Notes: generated by a model from the letters alone, not told the origin. A stretch of DNA of 64,000 bases from Eledone cirrhosa (GCA_964016885.1 OZ024740.1:424018001-424082000); one strand, 5' to 3'; shown: positions 23,807-36,219, counted from the first letter of the stretch. Numbers and translations: made by a program.

Positions 23807-24072
23807 ATATGCATACATATATATATATATATGCATACATATATATACATATACATATATATATATATATATATATGTACATATGCATACATATATATAT
23901 ATATATACATATGCATACATATATATACATATACATATATATATATATATATATATACATATGCATACATATATATATATATACATATGCATACATATAT
24001 ATACATATACATATATATATATATACATATGCATACATATATATATATATACATATGCATACATATATATAC

Positions 24073-24108
<36 letters not shown>

Positions 24109-24442
24109 ATATGCATATATATATATATATATACATATGCAAACATATATATATATATACATATGCATACATATATATATATATACATATGCATACATAT
24201 ATATACATATACATATATATATATATATATATATACATATATATACATATACATATACATACATATATATATATATGCATATGCATATATATATATGCAT
24301 ATGCATATATATATATACATATGCATACATATATATACATATACATACATATATATATATACATATGCATACATATATATACATATGCATACATATATAT
24401 ACATATGCATACATATATATATATATACATATACATATATAC
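23747..24442. repeat. (TA)n with TACATA/TATGCA interruptions
   Basis: Read directly. Confidence 0.95.
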
Positions 24443-25030
24443 ATGGTGGCTGCCAACTCGTTTTCGAGTACGGCCTCTACTTTATATCCATGTAGGAGAA
24501 CTTCCACCGATGCGCTGAACGAGTGTGACTTTTTAGTCCAGCCAGCGACTTGAAAACTCTGGTACAAACACTACACTTGTGACAATTATTGACACATATT
24601 GCTGGGCCCATGGTACCATGTGACGACAAGTGCAGAGAGATCTCCAGATATAAAGCAATGCCTGTGCCCTGAAGCTTTTATAGTGGGCAAAGGCACTGCA
24701 CAAAGCCAGTCCCACTCTCTAAACCAAGATGATATTTACCAAAAAGAAGAACAAGTCAACATCATTGGATACCATCAGAGTTGCAGGTGTTATATCAGAG
24801 TTTTCCTTCTCCTAGAATTCTGCCTTAACAAAGGCTAAGGGGTCATCTCTCCCGGTGATTTTGGATGGCCATTGACTCTTAAGAGCTCCTTTGCCCTTTG
24901 ACAGGTTTTGTTTTTAGTCCTGCAGGATGTCCAAAGTCACCCTCCTCACCAAGAAATCTTGGTGGGATTGCCAGTTTAGTCGCCATCGACCCGACCCTGG
25001 GGCAGGTTGTACTGGAATACATGTTACCAG
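24443..25030 (-). mobile_element. Probable internally deleted, non-autonomous RTE-derived element
   Basis: Minus strand has CTAGGAGAAGGAAAACTCTGA, recalled as an RTE 5'UTR motif. Later [13 protein letters not shown]...ENELAATM resembles RTE C-terminal segments. Flanked by (TA)n. Confidence 0.45.
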
Positions 25031-25075
25031 ATATATATATATATATATACATACATACATACATACAGACATACA

Positions 25076-25109
<34 letters not shown>

Positions 25110-25153
25110 CATACATACATACATACATACATATACATATATATATATATATA

Positions 25154-25489
25154 GGAGGCATATGGCTTAGTGTTTAGAGCATTGGCCTTGCAATCGAAAG
25201 GTTGTGAGTTCAATTCTCGGACCGGGTGATGTGTTGTTTCCTTGAGCAAGAGGGTTTATTTCACATTGCTCCAGTTTACTCAGCTGTAGAAATGAGATGG
25301 TAGGGACTGATGTCCCTATCATTCCACTGCATAGTGGTCGTGGAGGTGCCACGGCAAAAAAGCACCCAGCACTCACTGTAAATGAGGTTGGTGTTAGGAA
25401 GGGCATCCAGCTGTAGAAATCAATCCAGAATCAATTCCTGTCCCACCCTTGCAAGCAGAGGAGTGCGCACGTAAAATGATGATGATGAT
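25154..25489 (+). mobile_element. tRNA-derived SINE (RTE-dependent), copy 1 of a head-to-tail pair
   Basis: A box TGGCTTAGTG, B box GAGTTCAATTC, body GTTTCCTTGAGCAAG, module GTTAGGAAGGGCATCCAGCTGTAGAAA, RTE-A 3' end, (ATG)n. Confidence 0.92.
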
Positions 25490-25490
25490 A

Positions 25491-25823
25491 CTCACACAGG
25501 GCTTAGTGGTTAGTGCATTGGCCTTGCAATCAAGAGATCGTGAGTTCAGTTCTCGGACCGGGTGATATGTTGTTTCCTTGAGCAAGAGACTTTATTTCAC
25601 GTTGCTCCAGTTTACTCAGCTGTAGAAATGAGATGATAGGGACTGGGTTCCCTATCATTCCACTGCAAAATGGTCGTGGAGGTGCCACGGAAAAATTTAC
25701 CCAGCACTCACTGTAAATGAGGTTGGTGTTAGGAAGGGCATCCAGCTGTAGAAATCAAGCCAGAATCAGTTCCCGTCCCACCCTTGCAAGCAGGGAAAAG
25801 CGGACGTAAAATGAAATGATGAT
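25491..25823 (+). mobile_element. tRNA-derived SINE, copy 2
   Basis: Same structure as copy 1. Starts right after the tail of copy 1. Confidence 0.92.
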
Positions 25824-25916
25824 ATATATATATACTATATATATATATATATATATGATGATGATAGTATATATATATATATATATAGTATATATATATA
25901 TATATATAGTATATAT

Positions 25917-27040
25917 AATGGAAAATTTGAACAGGATCAAAACAGAGAGGCAGTACAACAAATGTTTATTAATTTCACGCTCTCGAGAGTGGGGTGGTGG
26001 TGGGGAACGACGTTTCGAGCATAAGCCCTTCCTCAGGTGAGAAGTGTGTGGGAAGAGAGTTCAAAGGGTGTGTAGGGGAGTGGTGGAGAGACATATAGCG
26101 AAAAGGGGGTGGGAGGAAACGGTGCAAATGAAATTAAAAATAAAAATAAATGATCAAAATAAAATGAAATGAAATAAAAATAAATATAAAAGCATGATCA
26201 AAATAAACTGAAATTAAAAAGGGGTAAAACAGGCGGTGGAAGGGTGTGGGGTGTGTAGGGGTGGTGGAGTGGGGAGAGGGAGACGGGGGTGTGTATGAGC
26301 GGGGAGGGCTGAAGGTGGTGTGTGTGTGTAGGTGTACGTGTGTGCGTATGTGAAAGCAAGGGTTGGGGGGAAGAACGGGGTTGCATATTCAGGAAGAGGT
26401 GTGTGTGGGATGGGGTGTAGGTCGGAGTGTCTGTGCGTGTGTGGATAGAGGGGTGGGGGGAGAGGAATCCGGAGGCTGAAGGTGTAAATATGTGGTGGAA
26501 AGCACGTGTGTGTGGGGTTTAAGCATGTTGTAGGTGTAGGTGGCGTGTGGGAGAAAAACATTTTTTTGGGTGTGTGTGTGGGTGAGTTATATAGGGGATT
26601 CCGTAAGAGGATGTGGTTGAAATGTTGGCAAACTCCTATGATGTTAGTAGATTCCACGGTGGTCAAGTTCCACATACGAGTATTCCATGAAGAGATGGTC
26701 AGAGGAGAGATGTGGGGTGCGCGCGCAACAGGAAGTGGTCAAGGCGGTGGGAGTGCTGTGTGTCTGTTTGTGCTGGGAGGTGGTCAGAGGGCATAGCAAC
26801 AGTCGGGTGGAATGGTAAAGGGGCGAGGATGGGTAGGTGTGAAAGTTGGAGTGAAGAGGGTGTGTGTGTGTATTAGTAGAGGTGTTAGTGGGATGAGTGC
26901 GTGTGGAGAAAGGGTGTGGGTGGAGCGGGGAGAGAAGGGTGTGGGGGTCGATGGAGGGAGTGGTGTACTGGTGTGTGTGTAGTTTGATGAAGGGGGTGTT
27001 AGTGGGTGTTAGTATATGGGAGGTGGGGAAAGGGTTGAAA
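25917..27040 (-). mobile_element. Penelope-like element PLE3a (C/A-rich 3' region with hammerhead motif and AATAAA)
   Basis: 25917-26098 is the reverse complement of 49539-49722. Minus strand CTGAGGA-a-gggc-ttat-gctc-GAAACGTC at 26009-26036. Both copies end ttttccat|tata. Confidence 0.6.
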
Positions 27041-27066
27041 TATATATATATATATACTATATATAT

Positions 27067-27584
27067 ATCATCATCATCATCATCAACATCAACTTTTAAC
27101 GTCCGTGTTCCACGCTTGCATGGGTTTGGACGGGGGTTTTCCCACTTGAGGCAAGAGTGATTGTCTTGCTCGCATAGGACTGTCTGGCAGGTTTTCTACA
27201 GTTGGATGCCCTTCCTAACACCAACCACATTTACAGTGTGGGTCTGGGAGGTTTTTACCGTGTTGCCTACACGGCCACATTACAGCGTGGACTGTGTGTT
27301 TTTTTGTCGTGACACCTACACGATCTCATTTGTTTCGGCCTGGATGGTGTGGCACCAACATAACTTTACATAGAAGGGGGCGGTGTGGATGAGGTGGGGG
27401 TGGTGGGACGGGGGTGTATTTTGTTAGAGATGCCTACTGACTGTAGTAGGTTTTACTTTGTATTTAGGTAAGGCGGGTCTTCTCTATTACTGAGTACCGC
27501 CAAAGGTCTCGGTCCAGTGACATTGCTTGGTGAGGTGTAAGTGTGTGAGGTCGGAGTTTATCAGCTCGTCCCAAGTTTTTCTGG
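27067..27584 (-). mobile_element. RTE family B, short 3' fragment
   Basis: (CAT)n, B-type 3'UTR and the last ORF codons. Confidence 0.95.
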
Positions 27585-27628
27585 ATATATATATATATAG
27601 TATATATATATATATAGTTGATATATAG

Positions 27629-27661
<33 letters not shown>

Positions 27662-27807
27662 ATATATATTTCATTTTACTAGTCATTTTATTCTAGCTAA
27701 ATGTCCTTCCTATCAGCAACCAATTTACATGATGGACTAGTTCCGTATTATCATGCCACTAGCACAAGAGCTTCTGCTCCTGTTGACAACAAAATGTTTC
27801 TCTCTAC

Positions 27808-28012
27808 GGTGGTGGATTGGCAGTATCGGTAGAGTTGCAGCCCTTTGCGTTCTGGGTTCAAATCCTGCTACAGTTACCTTTGCCTTTCATCATTACATGG
27901 TCGATAAAATAAAGTACCAGTAACGCATTGGAGTCGATTTAGTCGACTTTACCCATCCCTTCAAATTACTGGCCTTGTTCCTAAATCAGAAACCATTATT
28001 ATTATTATTATT
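27808..28012 (+). mobile_element. Old tRNA-derived SINE with a Nin-like central domain and (ATT)n tail
   Basis: B box GGGTTCAAATCC. GCCTTTCATC...GGTCGATAAAATAAAGTACCAG resembles the Nin/Deu SINE core. Ends ATTATTATT. Confidence 0.7.
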
Positions 28013-28427
28013 AAACTATCTTGTTGAAGTAGTCAGTTTAACTGGTGCTTTTAATTCCTGATTGCCTGGCAATATATGTAACCACAAATGAGCTTTAGGA
28101 TTACCGCCAACCAATGGAGAACTGGGTAGATATATTTTATACAAGTGGAACGCTTGTGTTTTTTTATATATATTTATATATATATATATATATATTCATA
28201 AGATTATATATCTTCTTAGGCATGTTTGTTTTGTAGGAGATTTTGTGTTTTCTCGTGACATCATCAACACATATATTTATAATACTTAATATTCATATAG
28301 ACTGTAACAACATGATCAGCCCTGTTATATATACTCAATCACTTGCTGGTGTGTGTGTTGAGGTTGTGCATGTTGGGGATAAGACACGTTTGCATTTTTT
28401 TTTCTAGTATAAAGTGATGACTTAGCT

Positions 28428-28519
<92 letters not shown>

Positions 28520-28847
28520 CAGAGATCACAATTATACCAGTTTTTAACTCGTAACACCATTATTCAGCAGGGTATTCGATACTTGGGAAGTAAAATGTAA
28601 ATATCATAGTCTTGAATTTACTGTTGAAACAGCAAGAGCTCAGCCAGCAAGCCCTGACTCTCTACTATGTACATATACCGTACTGTCTGTTACTACATCA
28701 GATACATGATAGTTTTATAATGTGAGGTCGATATAAAAAAAAAAGTACCGGCATTTCTTTATCACTTTCATTCTCTCACTCTCTATCTTTCTCTCGAAGA
28801 GATCTGCTGTGTTCAGACCTGGAAAGGGATGGGTTCCACGAGGCATT

Positions 28848-28969
28848 TTAAATGCCTAAGAAATGCTCTATAGGAGTTACGGAACCATTCCATACTTTTA
28901 TATATGCATATAATCTATCATGGAATTGAGTGGGTGACCAGGTTGCAGAGAATGTAAAGAAAATTTCAA
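28848..28969 (-). CDS. Candidate terminal coding exon of an unknown host gene
   Basis: Acceptor tattttacag. The phase-1 frame is open: (V)EIFFTFSATWSPTQFHDRLYAYIKVWNGSVTPIEHFLGI*. Compatible with a donor after 29813. Confidence 0.25.
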
Positions 28970-29812
28970 CTGTAAAATAATATGGATTGTGAATATATCA
29001 GAGCTTTTACATGGTTTTAAATGGCTAACAGGGTTCATTCAGACCGTAATTGCTTCAACTTCAATACATAATCTCCTATGAAATCACTTGCCAAACAAGT
29101 ACAACTCCACAACTGATATTCCATTTAGATGTAAGCATTGAGATATGGGGCAATGGCGGGGTAAGGTTAGTGTGATTAATTAATATTTAGTTTCAAATGT
29201 TAAAAGTTATGAAATAAATAGCATGTGTCATATAGGTATTTTTTTTATTTGTTGTTGTTGTTGCTGTTGACATCTGAGGAGGTGTGAGATGATATAACAA
29301 ATAAATAAGTGAGTGTAGTGGCTAATGGTTTAGTTCAAAATATTGTAGAGAGAAAATTATTGGCAGGTTTTGAGTTTCAGTGAGGTGTCATGAAATTCAT
29401 TCTCTTGTGTCTCAAAGAATCGCTCCCACCCCCACCCCAGTTTATAATTTTACAAATCCCCCTCCCCTCACTTATTAAATTTTGCAAATCTATCTCTGTC
29501 GAAATTTTATTTTAAATTGTAACATTCCTGCGACAATTTTCTTTATACATTGAAAACATGGAAGAAAAAAAAGAACATTACTAGAGATCTCATATGTTAC
29601 AAAATATATAACTATAGTTTGGGGTTTCAATATGTAAACTAAACGATTAATTCTGGTTTTTAATAAAAAATCAAGGGACACAACCTGGAAAATTACTGAC
29701 TTTCACCCATCCCCGTTTATTCTTTTCTCTCTCTCCGCCCCCCCCCCCCTATTTCGGAGCTAAGAGGACTGGAGAATTAAGCTTAAATTTTACCTATGGA
29801 AGTCAACTTTAC

Positions 29813-29975
29813 CTTTTGTCCGTGAAATTCGTTCACCTTTTAATCTCTGGTACTTTGATGACAGGATGTGACACAACGACGTTGATGTTGAATCCATTAT
29901 TGATGAGCTTTGCATCAGTATTCCATTGTTATTCTCCCTTAGGCTTGAAATTAACTTGTTCAAGTCAAAAGTGAT
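29813..29975 (-). CDS. Candidate internal coding exon of an unknown host gene (alternative donor after 29794)
   Basis: Strong acceptor ttttaactttttcctttttcag. Only one frame is open (ITFDLNKLISSLRENNNG...RISRTK). Donors AAG|GTAAAA or TAG|GTAAAA. Confidence 0.4.
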
Positions 29976-30257
29976 CTGAAAAAGGAAAAAGTTAAAATGG
30001 TTATGGCTTAAACATCTTTGAACCATGTATCTGAGTTTGCCTGAGTCTAAACAACAACTACTGCTACCATCAACCAGCAAATGAGCATCACCACATTTGC
30101 TTAGCCTGCTAAAAGTAGCAGCTAAATCTACCTGAATGCACTCCTTACTTTGTCTGGGACCATGGACAGACAATAGCACCAATATATATGTGAGTGTGTG
30201 TGCATGTATATATGTGTGTGTGTGTGTGTGTCTATAACCAGTGTATATAGATCACAG

Positions 30258-30295
<38 letters not shown>

Positions 30296-31040
30296 ATGTA
30301 TGTCTATAATTCTCATCAAGAAAAAAAAGCAGCATTGGTGGGCCCAAATCCTCATTTGAACAGTACTCGGAAGTTGGCTATTTTTTTATGAAAGAACCAG
30401 TCTGAAACATTGAAATTACTTGGTTTTTCTTTAGTTCTCTTGTACTTACAACCCTTTTGTCCCTGAAAACTTTTTGGGTGAAATATTTATTCCCAGGTAC
30501 TAATGTTCTCAGATTGACTTCCTTCTTCTAACAGGAGGGCGGGGGCTATAAGTATTCACCTGTCCCACCCTGACACCACCACCTGATAACTTAAAGGAGT
30601 CGAATGTAATGAATATAGATTCTGTGAGTGTGTGTGTGTTTGAAATAATGAAGGAAAAAAAGGCACCAAAATCTCCTGTGTAAGTTAAAAAAGGAAGATT
30701 ATATAATTATAAAATACAAACAACAAAAGGAGAGAAAATAATTGCTTAGTTGTCAGGTTGTCTTTGAGGAAAAGAAAAGCTCCCCTTTCCAATATGATAT
30801 ACTTATTATTTAATGGAGAAACTATCTACATCATATATCAAACTTATCTATTCTTTCTATCTTTATTTAGGTTTTTATATATTTACTTTTTGGGTGGTGT
30901 GGTGGGGGTTACTGTACCTTTTAAATAATTATAGACCAGACTGTTTTATATTTTTACCCTGAAAGGAATGAAGGTGATTTGATTGCATTTTATTTTCAAT
31001 GAGATGTTGTTTATATATTACACACACATACAGACATTTT

Positions 31041-31109
<69 letters not shown>

Positions 31110-31490
31110 TGTGTATTATCTATATATATACTAAAAGTCTGTGATTGCTTGCTTGTCTGTAATGTAATACAGCCAAAAGGGTGCATAATGGAAAGAAAGT
31201 TGACCCTGAAATGGGAATACAAAGGGAATAAAACAAAGTTTTGCGTAAATCTGAACACAGGTTCCCAAGATATGGTGTTTTTCAGCTACCTTCATAAACA
31301 ACGAGAGAGACAGAGGAAGATATAGTGGTTGTGACAGAGTAGATTGAAAGAGAGATATAGAGATAGGTGGAGGAGACAGTCAAGGAGAATGGAAGAGAAC
31401 TGGTGGTGTTGTGTGTATATATATATGTGAGTGTGTGTGCATGTATATATGTGTGTGTGTGTGTCTATAACCAGTGTATATAGATCACAG

Positions 31491-31528
<38 letters not shown>

Positions 31529-31532
<4 letters not shown>

Positions 31533-32214
31533 ATAGATTATCGAGATTCGCATTTCGGCCCACAAAATCGCGAAAAACAACCTCCAAGATGTGAGGCAAG
31601 TGCTCAATGGTTCAGATGAACCAGAGCTATAACAAATGTTAAACGCCAAACACACTGAGACGATGGTTAAACAATAATTCGCATACCCAAAAAAACGATC
31701 ATGTAATTCGGGTATTGAAAATTTACCCGGACCCCTGGAAGGTTGGTAAAATCCAGTATTTGGGTTTCTGCGGCTCCTAAATCAAGTACCGTCCGTCCGC
31801 TTACATAAATAATGTCAGGCTTCTGGTAAGATGATTGAACAAGGAAGCCACTTTCTCAACAGGTTTTAGTTTAATGTTAATACAAGGACTGACTATTGCT
31901 GACTCCACGTGGGGATCGGCAAGGGAGGCAGCCCCTATATCAGGCGAATAAATTCAGTTGTGTATATTTTTGCAAGAATGCAAAAACAACACAAATCGAA
32001 TAGTGTTCTCAACAGAAGGGTTAAAATTAACATAAGCTATTCATCAGTCAATAGAATCAACTAAAAAATCAAGAAAATTAACTGGTCAATAGCTAGTCTG
32101 GAGATAAATACAAACATAAATTATCGAGATTCGCATTTCAGCCCACGAAATAACGAAAAACAACCTCCGAGATGTGAGGCAAGTGCTGAATGGTTCAGAT
32201 GAACCAGAGCTATA
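31529..32214. mobile_element. Unclassified 686-bp element with 103-bp direct terminal repeats, inserted in (TA)n
   Basis: 31529-31631 and 32112-32214 are near-identical direct repeats (period 583). (TA)n on both sides. Confidence 0.7.
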
Positions 32215-33289
32215 TATATACATACACATACACACACACACATATATATATATATATATGGGCCTGCCAGTTTCATTTCACATTGCATACATGTCTGTAT
32301 TTTAATTATTTAAAAATTATTTTGAAGTGAACGTGACCGAACGGGTCACGAGTAGTAGTAATGATGGTGGTGGTGTTTTGTAGGTCAGCTATTCCTGGTC
32401 ACACAAACCCATGAATATTTCATATACACATACACACACTAAAATATAGTGTATTCCTTCAATAGATTATTTGGAAAATATGAAATTAAAAATTGGAGGC
32501 AATTCAGTTATTTTACTTGTTGTTGTTGTTATTGTTATTTAGCCCTAGATTAGCTGTGTTATTTTATTTTATTTTTTTTTATTTTTAAAAGGACAGCTGA
32601 TCCTTTAAAAAGCATGCATAAGAATAATTATGATGATGATAATGATAGATGTGTGTGTATAGGGTTGTAAATAAATATTAATTCACATTTATACATAACC
32701 TTACACACAGACACAAACACATTCATATAAATGAGTACATTTATATATATATGTGTGTGTGTATTTTTTAGAGATGTAATAATACAATGCTTACAGAACG
32801 AAACCACAAACAAATAAACATGCATTTGTATATATAGCAAACAGTTTTGCTCATAAGCTAAAACTAGAAACATATATATATATATAATCAAAATTATTGT
32901 GTACAGTGCTCAGGACTCCAACATATATATTATTCAGAGGGAATTTTTACAGAATTAGTTGTATTTCATTACCAAATGTAACTACAAATCCTGTAAAAGT
33001 CACCCTCAATAAAAGTGAAACAATTGAAGAAGGGTCATGAAGCATTATTTTAATTTTTATTTCTGTTTTATAATAGTGTTATAACTAATGGGACCTGTGG
33101 ATGTCTTCAATTTTGCTTCATAGTTGAGGCTGTTTAAAGCATATCAACACTCAAACTATTTCCATTATGTTAAAAATTTATTTCCTATGTTAAAAGTTGT
33201 TAAAAGTGTAACATTCTGACACTTGAAGTGACAAGCTGAATAATGTTCTGAATAATGTTGCAGATACTATAAAGTGTCAAAAGTAGCTT

Positions 33290-33374
33290 TGTGTTACCAT
33301 CTTATATGACCTGGTCACTGACACAGATATTCTAGAATTGTGTCAGTAACCAGGTCAGCAAAGATGTAGAACAA
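33290..33374 (-). ncRNA. Candidate miRNA hairpin (pre-miRNA about 33303-33359)
   Basis: 19-bp stem TGACCTGGTTACTGACACA / TGTGTCAGTGACCAGGTCA with one G.U pair, 13-nt loop and a lower stem. UG at -14 and CNNC at +17 for a 57-nt precursor. Confidence 0.5.
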
Positions 33375-33681
33375 CACTTTGTTTTATCTCTGTGAGAACA
33401 TTACTCCCCCATAAAAGCAACTTTATTGAGTGAAATACATGAATAAATAACAAAAGGACTAGGAGGAATTCATTAAGAGACATAACTTCAAGCTTACATG
33501 CAATCACACACATGAATAAATGCTTCTATATAGATTTACAATAAAGCATGCACTCATCAAGTAAATATATATTTATATGGTTTGACTCGTAACTGACCTT
33601 AATAATTGTATTAAAACTTGCCCTATGGACATCAGTTACTCCATACCCTGGATATTTCTACCACGTTATTACCACAATATG

Positions 33682-33723
<42 letters not shown>

Positions 33724-33841
33724 AGGTATATGATTTTTAATGCGATGAAATACCAATGATCGTTGGCAAATCACTGATGAGGGACTCATTTTGTAACATG
33801 TTATCCATGTGCAACCATGCAGTATTCTTCTCCCCCATATT

Positions 33842-33959
<118 letters not shown>

Positions 33960-33964
33960 GTATG

Positions 33965-34013
<49 letters not shown>

Positions 34014-34065
34014 GTATGTATATATATATATATATGTATGTATGTATATATATATGTGTGTGTGT

Positions 34066-34185
34066 GAAGGCGTGTGGCTGAGTGATTAGAGAATTAGATT
34101 CACAATCTTGAGGTTGTGAGTTCGATTCCTGGACCGGGAGATGCGTTATGTCTTTGAGCAAGACACTTTATTTCACGTTGCTCCT
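34066..34185 (+). mobile_element. tRNA-derived SINE head and body (tail differs from the 25154 family)
   Basis: TGGCTGAGTGATTAGAG...GAGTTCGATTCC...GTCTTTGAGCAAGACACTTTATTTCACGTTGCTCC. Confidence 0.8.
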
Positions 34186-34668
34186 TCTACCTGGAGTTGC
34201 AACCGATAGATAGTACTGGCAACTGGCAAGACCGACGAAAACATTGTTTCCTCAGTCCGATTTGACGAAAGTCGATCGATCCTTGCATATATATACATAT
34301 ATATATGTAATTATTATTATTATTAATGTTATTATTTAAATATACATATTATTAGACTGCTTGTCTAACCCATGCTCATGTGGAAAATGGACATTAAACG
34401 ATGATGATATGTATGTGTGTGTGTGTGTGTGGAAGAGACGTGGAACATGAGAATTTACAAGTGCACAGGCCACATATATTGGTACACAAAGACTCATATA
34501 TTTTATATAGATGAACATAGGCATACACAAATGTGTGTATGTTTATATATCATCATCTAACATCTATTTTCCCATTTTACACACACATACATAGACTTGT
34601 AATTACTCACCTGATATATATTGATCCCACAAGCACAATACACACACACCACATATATATAACATGTC

Positions 34669-34705
<37 letters not shown>

Positions 34706-34987
34706 CTGCATATAAAGTGACCGTATGGTGATGATGTAATGATAACAACATAAACACATAGATATACATAAATGTATACATAATGAGATTTCTCTTCATT
34801 ATGTGTGTGTAAGTAAGATTATGTATATATATATATATGTGTGTATCATCATCATTTAACGTCTATCTTCCACACTAGTATGGGTTAGACGGGTTTGTCT
34901 CATTTGAAGCAAGTTTGGTCGAGTGATCATGTCTCACTTGTATAGAAATGTTTCTATATATGAAAAGTATGTATGTATGTGTGTGTG

Positions 34988-35028
<41 letters not shown>

Positions 35029-35116
35029 AGTATGTATGTGTGTATGTATATATATGTATATATATGTATATATATGTATATATATGTATATATATGTATA
35101 TATATATATATATATA

Positions 35117-35163
35117 CCCTTGCAAGCAGGGAAAAGCGGACGTAAAATGATGATGATGATGAT
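35117..35163 (+). mobile_element. Extreme 5'-truncated RTE-A/SINE 3' end
   Basis: CCCTTGCAAGCAGGGAAAAGCGGACGTAAA(ATG)n within (TA)n. Confidence 0.9.
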
Positions 35164-35254
35164 GTATATATATATTTATATATATGTATATATATATGTA
35201 TATGTATATGTATATATGTATATATATGTATATGTATATATATATTTATATATA

Positions 35255-35287
<33 letters not shown>

Positions 35288-35587
35288 ATATATGTATATG
35301 TATATATATATTTATATATATGTATATATATATATATATTTATATATATTTATATATATGTATATATATATTTATATATATGTATATATATATTTATATA
35401 TATGTATATATATATTTATATATATTTATATATATGTATATATATATTTATATATATGTATATATATATTTATATATATGTATATATATATTTATATATA
35501 TGTATATATATATATATATTTATATATATTTATATATATATTTATATATATGTATATATATATGTATATATATATATCTACATATAT

Positions 35588-36020
35588 AGAAATTACATGA
35601 ATCAAAGTTCTGTTTAAATCATTTATTTGCTTACAATTGTTTCTTCCAAAGCGAGGTTTGGAGTCTTCGGAGCAATTATTCAGTGATTTTTTACATACTT
35701 CACCTCCTTTTCAACACAAGAGACATATAGAAACAGATGTATATATTGACCCACAGTGGGTTGACATCCATTACAATAATATAGCATGATAGCATTTTAC
35801 ATACAAAGATTACAGTCATATTAAAGGACAAAATTAAAGTTAAAATTAAAATAAAACATTGGCAGTCTACTAAGATGAAGCAAGAGGATAGTTTGGAGTA
35901 GTCAGTGTATGCAACAGTCACACGTGTGGCATGCACGCGTGTCCTATTTATACAAGATTATAGTGCGGCAGATTGTTACAAGTAAAACAAGCAGTCAAAG
36001 CATGCTTTGACTGCTTGTTT
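35588..36020 (-). mobile_element. Penelope-like terminal-repeat fragment with hammerhead motif
   Basis: Minus strand ttgct-CCGAAGA-c-tccaaa-cctcgc-tttgga-a-GAA-acaattgt-A-agcaa (35627-35675) with a palindromic stem III, immediately followed by AATAAA. Ends ...tttcta|tata. Confidence 0.6.
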
Positions 36021-36038
36021 TATATGTATATATATATA

Positions 36039-36115
<77 letters not shown>

Positions 36116-36116
36116 T

Positions 36117-36171
<55 letters not shown>

Positions 36172-36188
36172 GTATATATATATATATT

Positions 36189-36219
<31 letters not shown>

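Noticed and set aside
24971-25030. HDV-like ribozyme at the 5' end of the RTE-derived insert (CCAGT...CTAA-ACTGG)
   Set aside because: P1 cannot be formed and P2 does not abut P3 as the fold requires.
25154-25230. tRNA genes at the SINE heads (also 25491, 34066, 59423)
   Set aside because: A and B boxes are present but acceptor and anticodon stems do not pair, and each continues into a SINE body.
26198-27160. Pro/His- or Gly/Val-rich ORFs in the G/T-rich segment
   Set aside because: Low-complexity strand-biased sequence of the PLE3a region, with no recognisable domain.
30061-30178. Two hairpins resembling an H/ACA snoRNA (CTGCTAC/GTAGCAG with AGCAAATG/CATTTGCT; TTGTCTG/CAGACAA)
   Set aside because: No properly placed ANANNA hinge or terminal ACA on either strand.
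33774-33790. Isolated CTGATGA cores (also 41598 plus strand, 32041-32047 minus strand)
   Set aside because: No stem II-GAAA partner, so not hammerheads.
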